Source: Squalus acanthias (lineage: Eukaryota). Taken from it: a DNA stretch of 64,000 bases. The notes under the pieces were generated by a model, which worked only from the letters and a program-made list of their open reading frames with translations, made no database searches and was not told where the DNA came from. The position numbers were made by a program, and so were the translations under genes. This document shows, piece by piece, positions 24,091-36,430 of this stretch (its first letter is position 1; every line of letters starts with the position of its first letter). The stretch covers positions 152,398,001 to 152,462,000 of the forward strand of contig CM059432.1 of the NCBI GenBank assembly GCA_030390025.1, in the 5' to 3' direction.

Positions 24091-24640
24091 CGTCTGTCTG
24101 TGTCTGTGTCTGTGTCTGTGTCTCTCAGTCTGTGTCTGTCTCTCAGTCTGTGTCTCTGTTTCTATCAGTCTGTGTCTCTCAGTCTGTGTCTGTGTGTCTG
24201 TCTCTCAGTCTGTGTGTGTGTGTCTGTCTGTCTCTGTCTGTGTGTGTGTGTTTCTGTCTCTCAGTCTGTCTGTCTCTCAGTCTGTGTCTGTCTCGCAGTC
24301 TGTGTCTGTCTCTCAGTCTGTCTGTCTCTCTGTCTCTCAGTCTGTGTCTGTCTCGCAGTCTGTGTCTGTCTCTCAGTCTGTCTGTCTCTCTGTCTGTGTG
24401 TGTGTGTTTCTGTCTCTCAGTCTGTCTGTCTCTCAGTCTGTGTCTGTCTCTCAGTCTGTGTCTGTCTCTCAGTCTGTGTCTGTGTGTCTGTCTCTCAGTC
24501 TGTGTCTGTCTCTCAGTCTGTGTCTGTCTGTCTCTCAATCTGTGTCTGTGTGTTTCTGTCTCTCAGTCTGTGTCTGTGTGTGTGTGTCTGTCTGTCTCTC
24601 TGTCTGTGTGTGTGTGTGTGTGTGTCTCTCTGTCTGTGTC
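24091..24640. repeat. Compound TG/TC microsatellite (tctcagtctgtgtctg-type units); remnants resume at 25453-25473 and 28233-28290
   Basis: Low-complexity array visible directly. Confidence 0.95.
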
Positions 24641-25452
24641 TGGACCACTTTCCATACCTCGGGAGCCTACTGTCAACAAGGGCAGACGTGGATGATGAAG
24701 TCCAACACTGCCTTCAGTGTGCCAGTGCAGCCTTCGGTCGCCTGAGGAAGAGAGTGTTTGAAGACCAGGACCTCAAACCCGGCACTAAGCTCATGGTCTA
24801 CAGAGCAGCAGTGATACCCGCCCTGCTGTATGCCTCAGAGACATGAACCATGTACTGCAGGCACCTCAAAGCACTGGAGAGGTACCACCAACGCTGCCTC
24901 CGCAAGATCCTGCAAATCCATTGGCAGGATAGGCGTACCAACGTCAGTGTTCTTGCTCAGGCCAACATCCCCAGCATTGAAGCTTTAACCACGCTCGATC
25001 AGCTCCGATGGACGGGTCACATTGTCTGCATGCCCGATACAAGACTCCCAAAACAAGTGCTCTACTCCGAGCTCCGGCACGGCAAGAGAGCCCCAGGTGG
25101 GCAGAGGAAACGCTTCAAGGACACCCTCAAAGCCTCCTTGAAAAAGTGCAACATCCCCACTGACACCTGGGAATTCCCTGGCCCAAGACCGCACAAAGTG
25201 GAGGAGAAGCATCCGGGAAGGCGCCGAACACCTCGAGTCTCTTCGTCGGGAGCAAACGGAAGCCAAGCGCAAACAGCGCAAGGAGCGCACGTCAACCCAA
25301 GCACCCCACCCACCCGCCCCTTCAGCCACCGTCTGCCCCACCTGTGACAGAGACTGTAGGTCCCGCAATGGACTCATCAGTCACCTGCGAACTCATTTTT
25401 AATGTGGAAGCAAGTCATCCTCGGTTCCGAGGGACTGCCTAAGAAGAAGAAG
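24641..25452 (+). mobile_element. RTE (BovB-like) LINE 3' part
   Basis: [26 protein letters not shown] and RLPKQVLYSEL..GGQRKRFKDTLK, with an (aag)n tail. Confidence 0.9.
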
Positions 25453-26781
25453 TGTGTCTCTGTGTCTGTCTGTCATAAGAACATAAGAAATAGGAGCAGG
25501 AGTAGGCCATTCGGCCCTTAGAGCCTGCTCCGCCATTCAATGAGATCATGGCTGATCTTCTGCCTCAATTCCATTCACCGGCCCTATCGCCATATCCCTT
25601 GATGCCCTTACTAGTCAGAAATCTATCGACTTCTGTTTTGAATATACCCAATGACTGAGCCTCCACAGCCCTCTGGGGTAGAGAATTCCAAAGATTCACG
25701 ACCCTCTGAGTGAAGAAATTTCTTCTCATCTCAGTCCTGAATGGCCTACCCTTTATCCTGAGGCTGTAGCCCCTGGTTCTAGACTCCCCAGCCAAGGGAA
25801 ACATTCTCCCAGCATCCACCCTATCAAGCCCTGTAATAATTTTGTATGCTTCAATGAGATCTCCTCTCATTCTTCTGAATTCAAGAGAATACAGGCCTAG
25901 TTTACTCAATCTCTTCTCATACGACAGTCCCGCCATCCCAGGAATCAATCTTGTGAACCTTCGTTGCACTCCCTCTATGGCAAGTATATCCTTCCTTAGG
26001 TAAGGAGACCAAAATTGTACACAGTACTCCAGGTGTGGTCTCACCAAGGCCTTATATAATTGGCGTAAGACTTCTTTACTCCTGTACTCAAATCCTCTTG
26101 TAATGAAGGCCAGCATACCATTTGCCTTCCTAATGGCTTGCTGCACCTGCATATTCACTTTCAGTGACTCATGTACAATGACACCCAGGTCCCTTTGAGC
26201 ATTTGCATTCCCCAATCTTTCACCATTTAGGAAATACTCTACCTTTCTGTTTTTTCTACCAAAGTGGATAACTTCACATTTATCCACATTATATTCCATC
26301 TGCCATGTTCTCGCCCACCCACTGAGCCTGTCGAGATCCTCTTGAAGCCTCTTCACATCCTCTTCGCAACTGACACTGACACCTAGCTTTGTGTCATCAG
26401 CAAATTTGGAAATGTTACATTTAGTCCCCTCATCCAAATCATTGATATAGATTGTGAATAGCTGGGGCCCAAGCACCGATCCTTGCAGTACCCCACTAGT
26501 CACAGTCTGCCATCCTGAAAAAGACCCTTTTATCCCTTTTTCTGTCTGTTAACCAATTCTCAATCCATGCTAGTATATTACCCCCAATTCCATGTGCCCT
26601 AATTTTGTTCACCAACCTCTTGTGTGGGACCTTATCGAAGGCCTTCTGAAAATCCAAATACACCACATCTACCGGTTCCCCTTTGTCTACTCCATTAGTT
26701 ACATCCTCAAAGAACTCCAATAGGTTTGTCAAACAGGATTTCCCTTTCATAAATCCATGTTGACTCTGCCCAATCTTACTA

Positions 26782-27181
26782 CAGGAAACTTTTGTTTATC
26801 CGGCACCCAAATATCCGGAATTCTCGCTTAACCGGCAAAAATCATCCTCCGAAAACTCCTCTCAAATAACCGGCAATGTTGCCGAGTCGCAGTCGAGTCT
26901 CCGCGAACGCCGAGTACTCCGAAAACTCCTCTCAAATAACCGGCAATGTTGCCGATCCCGAGTCCGAGTCCGCGAACGCCGATTTAGTCAGTAGGGATAG
27001 TTTTCAAAAGTGCCACTACTCGGCCTCCTGGCGCTGTCGGAAGTATACTGCACATTTCTTGATTTATTTATTTTTCTTTGTTAAAAATAGCCTCGGTAGA
27101 TATAACTCTCTGTTATCCGGTACTTTCGATAAACCGGCACCACGCCGGTCCCGTCGGTGCCGGTTAATAAAGAGTTTCCTG
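26782..27181. mobile_element. pogo/Tigger-like MITE, same ends as 8380-8742
   Basis: CAGGAAACT..CCGGCA / TGCCGGTTAATAAAGAGTTTCCTG, TA TSD, and an internal ~70-bp-period duplication at 26847-26985. Confidence 0.9.
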
Positions 27182-27445
27182 TATTAGTTTCTAAGTGCCC
27201 AGTTATTGCATCCTTTATAATAGATTCCAACATTTTCCCAACTACTGATGTGAGGCTAACAGGTCTGTAGTTCCCCGTTTTCTCTCTCCCTCCTTTCTTA
27301 AATAGCGGGGTTACATTTGCTATCATCCAATCTGCAGGAACCGTTCCAGAATCTATAGAATTTTGGAAGATGACAACCAATGCGTCCACTATCCCAGCTC
27401 TTTCAAAACCCTAGGATGTAGGTCATCCGGTCCTTGGGATTTATC

Positions 27446-28210
27446 GGGCCAGAAATTCGGTTTTCCGGCCTTCTGCGGGTGCAAGCATCGCACGCGTACT
27501 TGACCACCGCGCCTGCAGTTGTGCTTTGGGCCCACGAGGACTTCGGGTCCTGGGCCTCCTGCAGCTGCCGGCGCGCAGTGCTTGTGTATCCCAGGGGCTC
27601 AGTTAGTTCGAAGCGTCCCCTGGGATCACGTGGGCCATGGAGAGCCAATCCTAGCAGGGCATTTTCATTCATAGATTTGACAGGAAGACCTGTCAAATCT
27701 ATGAATAGAGATCGGCCCCAAAACCACACTTAAACTTCAAATAAATTTAAATAAAAACATCACATTTTTAAAATAACTATAAGTTAAATAAATTAACTAC
27801 TTTAAACAAAAATTAAAATTTTTGAAAAAATTAATTATACTTTTTAACGGTGCTAAAAATAAACTTACCTTTCTTTAAAGTATCTAAAAAAGATAAACCT
27901 GTTGAAAAATTTTTTTAATTGTAATTAATTAACCACTTACCTTGTTAAAAACAGGCCTTGCGCCTCCTTTTTAGAAGTGCAGCTTCTCCATACTTACCTT
28001 CCCGGAGAAACCTGAAAAAAAACCTGAAGTTCGCTGCGTGCACGCAGCCTCTCCCGCGCACGCGTTCGACTTCTGAACCCCTCCCTTCAGGGGAACGGAA
28101 ATTCCGGTTTCCCGCGCATGCGCAGTGCATGCAGGAAACCGGCACTTCAGGTGGCCTTACGGGTGAGTACACAGCACGTACTCACCCGACAACAGCCGAA
28201 TTTCTGGCCC
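27446..28210. mobile_element. PIF/Harbinger-type MITE
   Basis: 15-bp TIR GGGCCAGAAATTCGG / CCGAATTTCTGGCCC and 3-bp TSD ATC. CR1 sequence resumes after it. Confidence 0.88.
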
Positions 28211-28317
28211 ATCGACTTGTAGTCCCATTAATTTGTCTGGGTCTGTATGTGTGTGTCTGTCTCTGTCTGTCTGTGTCTGTCTGTCTGGGCACCGCTGCCT
28301 GGCGGAGTGATTACATG

Positions 28318-28766
28318 TCATAGAGTCATAATGGCACAGAAGGAGGCCATTCAGCCCATCGAGTCCGTGCCGGCTCTCTGTAAAGCAATCCAGTCAGTCC
28401 CATTCCCCCGCTCTATCCCCGTAGCCCTGCAAGTTTATTTCCCTCAAGTGCCTATCTAGTCTCCCCTTGAAAACATTGAGTGTCTCCGCTTCCACCACTT
28501 CCGTCGGCAGCAAGTTCCAGGTCATTACCACTCGCTGCGTAAAAAAGTTTTTCCTCACATCCCCCCTGTAGCTCTTGCCCACAACCTTAACTCTGTGTCC
28601 TCTAGTCCTTGTACCATCAACTAGTGGGAACAGCCTTTCCACGTCTAGCCTATCCAAACCCGTCATAATCTTGTACACCTCTACCAAATCACCCCTCAAC
28701 CTCCTTTGCTCTAATGAAAACAAATCCAGCTTCTCCAACCTGTCCTTGTAGCCAAGATCCCCCATG
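28318..28766 (-). mobile_element. CR1 3' fragment, same subfamily as 10575-11160
   Basis: ORF 28394-28765 is nearly identical to the end of ORF 10657-11160. Confidence 0.9.
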
Positions 28767-28769
28767 TGT

Positions 28770-29135
28770 AGAAAAGCAAACTACTGCGGATGCTGGAAAT
28801 CTGAAATAAAAACAGCAAACACTGGAAATACTCAGCCGGTCAGGCAGCATCTGTGGAGAGAGAAACAGAGTTAAAGTTTCAGGTCGATGACCCCTTCGTC
28901 AGAACTGGAAAAAGTTGGAGATGTAATAGGTTTTAAGCAAGTGTAGGGGCAGGGAAAGGGAGGAGGGGAGGGAAGAACAAAAGGGAAGGTCTGTGATAGG
29001 ATGGAAGGCAGGAGAGATTAAAAGGCAAAAGGGATGATGGTTCAAGGCAAAAGGAGACAGTAATGGGACAAGTTAAGAAACAAAAGATGGCTCAAGATGA
29101 GGTGTAAATGGCACTGGCAGAATAATCGACAGCTG
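28770..29135 (-). mobile_element. 3' terminal repeat of second PLE family with hammerhead motif (28869-28906)
   Basis: Minus strand agtt-CTGACGA-aggggtcatcgacct-GAAA-cttt-aact. Confidence 0.8.
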
Positions 29136-29894
29136 CTAATTATATGTGTCCCTGGAGTTCCCCCCGGCCTTGTTTAAAATTCAACAGGAAAAAAATGAAA
29201 CGTGCATCTCTCTTTCCCGTGTATCTACTTGTATCCTTTCTCTAAATGATCCTTTCTCTTGACTTTCCATTTGCCTTCCAATTCTTTCTGATTTTCTCTT
29301 TCTCGAAGTCAAAGAAGAAAAAAGTTATTTATCTCTCAGAGTCACTCCTTCCCTTTGTTTTTATTTGCTGCTGTATATATATATTTTATACACGTTGGCT
29401 CTCAGCTTCCAGGCACATTGGAGATTCCTACCCTCAGATTCTTAATAGATTCCATGCTCAACATGTTCAGCCACTGTGGTTCAGCAATCAACAAAGCAAA
29501 TTGAACCGGAACTTTATAACCAAAACAGTGCAGTACATGTCAGAGGAAGCCAAACTTAAAACAATACAGCGCTCTAACCAGACTGCACGTTGAGTGATTT
29601 GTATAGTTCTGGTTATGAAGATAAAAGGAAGACATCTCAGCATTGCAGGCAATGCAGTGATGAGCAATGAGCTTGGTCCCGAGTATCACAGAACTCCGTT
29701 ATGAGAAAAAGCTGGCGATCTTGGGATTTTCAGCCTGGAAAGCAAGCAACTGAGAGGCATGCAGTGTTCAAATAATAAGTTCAAATATCACCATCACTTA
29801 ACACTGTAAGCTATTCTGATATCCCTATAGAACATTCAGAATTTACATGTACATATGCATAACATGCCACAATTATCAGCATCAATTATATTGA

Positions 29895-30545
29895 TTGTAC
29901 AGCACAGAAACAGGCTATTTGGCCCCACTGGTCTGTGCCGGTGTTTATGCACCACACAAGCCTCCTCCTACCCCTCTTCATCTCACTCTATCAGCATAAC
30001 CTTTTATTCCTTTCTCCCTCATGTGTTTATCTAACTTTCCCTTAAATGCATCTATGCCATTTGCCTCAACTACTCCATGTGGTCATGAGTTCCACATTCT
30101 AATGACTCTCTGGATAAAAAAGTTCCTCCTGAATTCCCTGTTGGATTTATTAGTGACTATCTTATATTTATGGCCCCGAGATTTTGACTACCCACAAATG
30201 GAAATGTTTTTTCTACATCGACCCTATCAAACTCTTTCATAATCTTAAAGACCGCTATCAGGTCACCCTTCAGTCTTCTCTTTTCTAGAGAAAGAAGCCC
30301 CAGCCTGTTCAGTCTTTCCTGATGGGTATAGCCACTTGGTTCTGGTATTTTCCTTGTAAAAATTATTTTGCACTAGTGCCTCTATATCCTTTTTCTAATA
30401 TGGAGATCAGAACTGTGCACAGCACCATTAATGTGATCTAACCAATGTTCAATATAAATTTAACATAACGTCTCTGCTTTTCAATTCTATCCCTCTATAA
30501 ATGAAACCCCAGTATTTTGTTTGCTTTTTTTTCTTATTAACCTGT
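29895..30545 (-). mobile_element. Older CR1 3' fragment
   Basis: Antisense CR1 ORF2 end and 3' hairpin. Confidence 0.8.
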
Positions 30546-30546
30546 A

Positions 30547-33500
30547 TCTGTGCTGGGGAGCAGGTGAGAGTAATTAATTAATTAAGTGGTCTAATCTGGT
30601 TCTGTAACTGCCAGCGAGCTCACTTATTTAAATCTCAGCAGTATAAATAGGGGAGGCTAGAGTGCAGTTTGTTATGGAGTGCAGCTCGGAACAGAGTGTT
30701 AAACTGCGAGTTTGGTGAGTGAGGGAGTAAATCTTAAAGGTTAATCTCTTATTTTTATAAATTCTAGTCTTGTGTGCTTGCAATTAGCATTTAAATTTAC
30801 TGTTTCAAGTTTTAAGTTTCTTCCAGGCTTGGGCAGGGCTAAGCAAGCTCTGTGCTGGAGAGCAGGTGAGAGTAATGAATTAATTAAGTGGTCTAATCTG
30901 GTTCTGTAACTGCCAGAGAGCTCACTTATTTAAATCTCAGCAGTATAACTAGGGGAGGCTAGAGTGCAGTTTGTCATGGAGTGCAGATCAGAACAGAGTG
31001 TTAAGCTGCGAGTTGAGTTGAGTGAGTTGAGTGAGTTGAGTGAGTTGAGTGAGTTGAGTGAGTGAGTGAGTGAGTGAGTGAGTGAGTGAGTGAGTGAGTG
31101 AGAGAAAGTTTCTTTCCTTCCTTCCTTTTCCTTTTCCTTTTCCTTTTCCTTTTCCATTCCAGAGGGGACAGGGAACCAGCGGTGAGTATTTCTACATTCT
31201 AGTCATTAAAGTAAAAGTAAGGTCTCCAGTTTGGAGTAAGTAGTGTTTAAAGGAAAGTAAGCTCCTTAGTGTATTTAATATTCTTTAATTTAAAGGGAGT
31301 AAATTAAGGGTAGGGCAGCTCGGCAGCGTGGAGTGCTCCTCCTGTGCTATGTTGGAAGTCAGGGACACTTTAGGTGTCCGGGGCGAACACATGTGCAGGA
31401 AGTGTCTTCAGCTGCAGCTACTCGAAATCCGCGTTTCGGAGCTGGAGCTGCGGCTGGATTCACTGTGGAGCATCCGCGAAGCTGAGATCTTCGTGGATAG
31501 CACGTTTAACAAGGTGGTCACACCGCAGGTAGAGAGTGCACAGGCAGACAGGGAATGGGTGACCACCAGACAGAGTAAAAGAACTAGGAAGGTAGTGCAG
31601 AAGTCCCCTGGGTCCATCTCCCTCTCCGACAGATTTTTCGTTTTGGATACTGATGGGGGAGAGGGTTTCTCAGGGGAATGCAGCAAGAGCCAAGTCCGTG
31701 GCACTACGACTGGCTCAGCTGCACAGGAGGGGAGGAAAAAGAGTGGGAGAGCAATAGTGATAGGGGATTCTATCGTAAGGGGAACAGATAGACGTTTCTG
31801 TGGCCGCAGACGTGACTACAGGATGGTATGTTGCCTCCCTGGTGCCAGGGTCAAGGATATCACTGAACGGCTGCAGGGCATTCTGAAGGGGGAGGGCGAA
31901 CAGTCAGAGGTCGTGGTTCACATTAGTACCAACGACATGGGTAGAAAGAGGGATGAGGTCCTGCAACAAGAATGTAGGGAGCTAGGTAGCAGATTAAAAA
32001 GCAGGACCTCAAAGGTTGTAATCTCTGGATTACTCCCGGTGCCACGTGCTAGTGAGTATAGGAATAGGAGGATAGAGCAGATGAATGCGTGGCTAAAGAG
32101 TTGGTGCAGGAGGGAGGGCTTTAGTTTCCTGGATAACTGGGTCTGCTTCTGGGGAAGGTGGGACATGTACAAGTCAGACGGGTTGCACCTGAACCAGAAC
32201 GGGACCAACATCCTTGCGGGGAGGTTTGCTAGTACTGTTGGGGGGGGTTTAAACTAACTTGGCAGGGGGATGGGATACAGAGTGGAGCTATAGTAGAGGG
32301 TGATGCACAGACAAATATAGAGGAAAAAACAAGTCAGTCTGGAAGGCAGAGCAAATATGTAACGGCACAAAGGAGTATGGCAAGGCTGGATGGCATTTAT
32401 TTTAATGCAATGAGTCTTGCGAGTAAGGCAGATGAATTGAAGGTGTTGATGAACACATGGGAGTATGATATTGTTGCTATCACAGCGACATGGTTGAGGG
32501 AGGGGCAGGACTGGCAGCTCAATATTCCGGGGTATAGAATCTTCAGGCGAGACAGAGGGGGGGGTGTAAAAGAGGAGGGGGTGTCGCAATATTAATCAAG
32601 GAGTCAATTACTGCTGTAAGGAGGGATGATATCTTAGCAGGTTCCTCTAATGAGGCCATTTGGGTAGAACTTAAAAACAAAAAGGGGGCAAGCACTTTGC
32701 TGGGAGTGTACTATAGGCCCCCAAACAGTCAGGGGGAGATAGAGGAACAGATATGTAGGCAAATCTCAGAGAAGTGTAGAAATAATAGGGTAATAATAGT
32801 AGGGGATTTCAACTTCCCCAATATTAACTGGGATAGTCAGAGTGTGAAAGGTTTAGAGGGTGCAAAATTCTTAAAGTGCATCCAGGAGAGCTTTTTGAGC
32901 CAGCATGTAGAAAGTCCTACAAGAGAGGCAGCGGTACTGGACCTAATTCTAGGGAATGTAGCCAGGCAAGTGGTAGAAGTGTTAGTAGGAGAGCATTTTG
33001 GTGACAGTGACCATAATTCGGTGAGATTTAAGGTAGTCATGGAAAAGGACAAAGATGGACCGGAGATAAAGGTTCTAAATTTGGGCAAAGCCGATTTTAA
33101 TATGATAAGGCAGGATCTGGCCAAAGTGGACTGGGATCAGCTACTTGTAGGAAAATCCACATCAGAGCAGTGGGAGTCATTCAGAAAGGAAATAGAGAGA
33201 GTACAACGGCAACATGTTCCCGTAAAGGTCAAGGGTGGGACCAACAAGACCAGGGAACCCTGGATGTCAAGGGATATACGGGAATGGATTAGGAAAAAAA
33301 GGGAGGCTTTTGGCAGATACAAAGGACTAAAAACAGTGGAAGCCCTAGAGGAGTATAGAAAGTGCAGGGGGGTACTTAAAAAAGAAATTAGGAGAGTGAA
33401 GAGGGGGCATGAAATAATACTGGCGGGCAAAATAAAGGAAAATCCCAAGGTGTTTTATAAGTATATTAAGGGCAAGAGGATAACCAGGGAAAGAGTAGGG

Positions 33501-34705
33501 CCCATTAGGGACCAAAGTAGCAACCTGTGTGTAGAGCCACAAGATGTAGGTGGGGTTTTAAATGAATATTTTGCATCTGTGTTCACTATGAAGAAGGACA
33601 ATGTAGACATAGAAATCAGGCAGGGGGATTGTGATATACTTGAACAAATTAGTATTGAGAGGGAGGAGGTACTAGCGGTTTTAGCAGCCTTAAAAGTGGA
33701 TAAATCCCCAGGCCCAGACGAGATGTATCCCAGGCTGCTGTGTGAAGCAAGGGAGGAGATTGCAGGGGCTCTGACACAAATTTTCAGAACCTCTCTGGCC
33801 ACAGGGGAGGTGCCAGAGGACTGGAGAACAGCTAACGTAGTACCATTGTTCAAGAAGGGTAGTAGGGATAAACCGGGGAATTACATGTCCGTGAGCCTAA
33901 CATCAGTGGTAGGGAAATTATTGGAAAAAATTCTGAGGGACAGAATTAGTCTCCACTTGGAGAGGCAAGGATTAATCAAGGATAGTCAGCATAGCTTTGT
34001 CAGGGGGAGATCATGTCTGACCAATTTGATTGAATTTTTCGAGGGGGTGACTAGGTGTGTGGATGAGGGTAGTGCAGTTGATGTGGTCTACTTGGACTTC
34101 AGTAAGGCTTTTGACAAAGTCCCGCATGGGAGACTGGTCAAGAAGGTAAAAGCCCATGGGATCTAGGGCAACTTGGCACATTGGATCCAAAATTGGCTTA
34201 GTGGCAGGAGGCAGAGGGTGATGGTCGAAGGTTGTTTTTTGTGACTGGAAGCCTGTGTCCAGTGGTGTACCGCAGGGATCGGTGCTGGGTCCTTTGCTGT
34301 TTGTAGTGTACATTAATGATTTAGATATGAATGTAGGAGGTATGATCAGTAAGTTTGCAGATGACACGAAAATTGGTGGAGTGGTAAATAGCGAGGAGGG
34401 AAGCCTCAGGCCACAGGACGATATAGACGGGTTGGTCAGATGGGCAGAACACTGGCAAATGGAATTTAACCCTGAAAAGTGTGAGGTGATGCATTTTGGG
34501 AGGACTAACAAGGCAAGGGAATACACAATGAATGGTAGGACCCTAGGAAGGACAGAGGATCAGAAGGATCTTGGTATGCATGTACATAGATCCCTGAAGG
34601 CAGCAGGACAGGTAGATAAGGTGGTTAAAAAGGCATATGGGATACTTGCCTTCATTAGACGAGGCATAGAATATAAGAGCAGGGAGGTTATGATGGAGCT
34701 ATACA
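30547..34705 (+). mobile_element. CR1 LINE with 5' UTR, ORF1 and disrupted ORF2; 3' end missing
   Basis: Tandem 5' repeat, ORF1 31328-32257, and ORF2 pieces 32377-32595, 32697-34166 and 34255-34705 (EN, RT). Confidence 0.93.
31328..32257 (+). CDS. CR1 ORF1: zinc finger + leucine zipper + SGNH/GDSL esterase domain
   Basis: CSSC..CRKC, LEIRVSELELRL, IVIGDSIVR, STND, DGLHLN. No ATG is present, so the start may be mutated (AGG at 31307). Confidence 0.85.
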   Translation: MECSSCAMLEVRDTLGVRGEHMCRKCLQLQLLEIRVSELELRLDSLWSIREAEIFVDSTFNKVVTPQVESAQADREWVTTRQSKRTRKVVQKSPGSISLSDRFFVLDTDGGEGFSGECSKSQVRGTTTGSAAQEGRKKSGRAIVIGDSIVRGTDRRFCGRRRDYRMVCCLPGARVKDITERLQGILKGEGEQSEVVVHISTNDMGRKRDEVLQQECRELGSRLKSRTSKVVISGLLPVPRASEYRNRRIEQMNAWLKSWCRREGFSFLDNWVCFWGRWDMYKSDGLHLNQNGTNILAGRFASTVGGGLN

Positions 34706-36140
34706 ACCCGCTCCCAACCCGCCTCCAACCAATCTTCCCGGGAGTTGGGTCCCCGATTTGCGCAGGGTTCCGACTCCTAGAGGCGGGAAGAGGATTACAG
34801 ACACTCAACTGCCTGTTAACAGGTAGTTAACAGGCAGTTAAGAGGCTTTTTCCCATTTTGAGCCTTCTGATGCGGGCTTCCTGATGTTGGGGAACCCCAC
34901 CAGGGTAAGTGAGGCGTGATGTGGGTGTACTGTAATTTTTGTGTATATATGACAGCTGCAGAAGTGGTTTAAAGGATTCAATGGGACACTGGTGAGTATC
35001 AGAGGTCAGGAAAAGTTATGAAAGTAATTTTTATTGTGTTTAGATGTTTCTGCAGGTGACAAGCTGTGAAGTGTTTGTGTAGGCTCATCTCATCGGGAGA
35101 AGTGACAGATGGCTTCTGCAATCTCAGCTGCAGCTGCCATCTGTTTTATCCTAAGGAGAGAGTAATTGGAGATTCTGGGTGCAAGGGCTCACCTTTGGAC
35201 AGTGATTGTCAGTGTTTGACAGCACCTCAATGCTGTCAAACACTGTCAATTCATCTGTCAAACAAGTGTGGTGCATATGCCTTTAAGAAAATCGGCAGAT
35301 GAAGCGTCATCAACTGACGTCATCTGACACCGGCTTTCCCTTAATTGGCCGGAAGATGTAGGTGAGGTTTTAAATGAATATCTTGCATCTGTGTTCACTA
35401 TGGAGAAGGACGATGTAGGCATAGAAATCAGGCAGGGGGATTGTGATATACTTGAACAAATTAGCATTGAAAGGGAGGAGTTACTAGCGGTTTTAGCGGG
35501 CTTAACAGTGGATAAATCCCCAGGCCCAGACGAGATGTATCCCGGGCTGCTGTGTGAGGCAAGGAAGGAGATTGCAGGGGCTCTGACACAAATTTTCAGA
35601 ACCTCTCTGCCACAGGGGAAGTGCCAGAGGACTGGAGGATAGCTAACGTAGTACCATTATTCAAGAAGGGTAGTAGGGATAAACCAGGGAATTCCATGTC
35701 CGTGAGCCTAACATCAGTGGTAGGGAAATTATTGGAAAAAATTCTGAGGGACAGAATTAGTCTCCACTTGGAGAGGCAAGGATAGTCAGCATGGCTTTGT
35801 CAGGGGGAAATCATGTCTAACCAATTTGATTGAATTTTGAGAGAGGGTGACTAGGAGTGTGGATGAGGGTAGTGCAGTTGATGTAGTCTACATGGATTTC
35901 AGTAAGGCTTTCGACTAAGTCCCGCATGGGAGACTGGTCAAGAAGGAAAGAGCCCATGGGATCCAGGGCAATTTGGCACATTGGATCCAAAATTGGCTTA
36001 GTGGCAGGAGGCAGGGCGGGCTTAACAAGGCCAATCAGGGGAAAATAGTGTCAGCTCGTCAGACGTCGCTGGGGGCGGGACTGGAACCCGAAAACCAGCA
36101 GTCCCGCCTCGTTCTCGGCCTTCCAGGTAAGATTCCGCCC
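34706..36140. mobile_element. Partial Harbinger-type MITE containing an internal CR1 RT fragment (35351-36015)
   Basis: Right end aagattccgccc resembles the GGG..AATT-type TIRs, and internal palindromes are present. 35351-36015 closely matches 33540-34215. Confidence 0.55.
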
Positions 36141-36430
36141 TTTGTGTCCTCCTCACAATTTACTAACCTACCTATCTTTGTATCATCAGCAAATTTGGCT
36201 ACAGTACACTCGGTCCCTTCACCCAAGTCATTAATATAGATTGTAAATAGTTGAAGCCCCAGCACTGATCCCTGTGACACCCCACTAGTTACAGTTTGCC
36301 AACCTGAAAATGACCCATTTATCCCGACTCTCTGTTCATTTTACTTTTATGAGAGTTGACTCACACTTCCCAATATCTACTTGTACGACAACATAACCCA
36401 GAGGCCTAACAATAGTATCCACACATCCTT

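Larger units (their letters stand above)
25474..28232 (-). mobile_element. CR1 LINE (RT to tail) carrying two MITEs
   Basis: ORFs 27081-27389, 26496-26750 and 25565-26503. Tail (ttcttatg)n on the minus strand. Confidence 0.93.

Noticed and set aside
24012..24846. Cys/Val/Ser/Leu-rich and Arg/Asp-rich ORFs
   Set aside because: Translations of the TG/TC microsatellite, one of them running into the RTE fragment.
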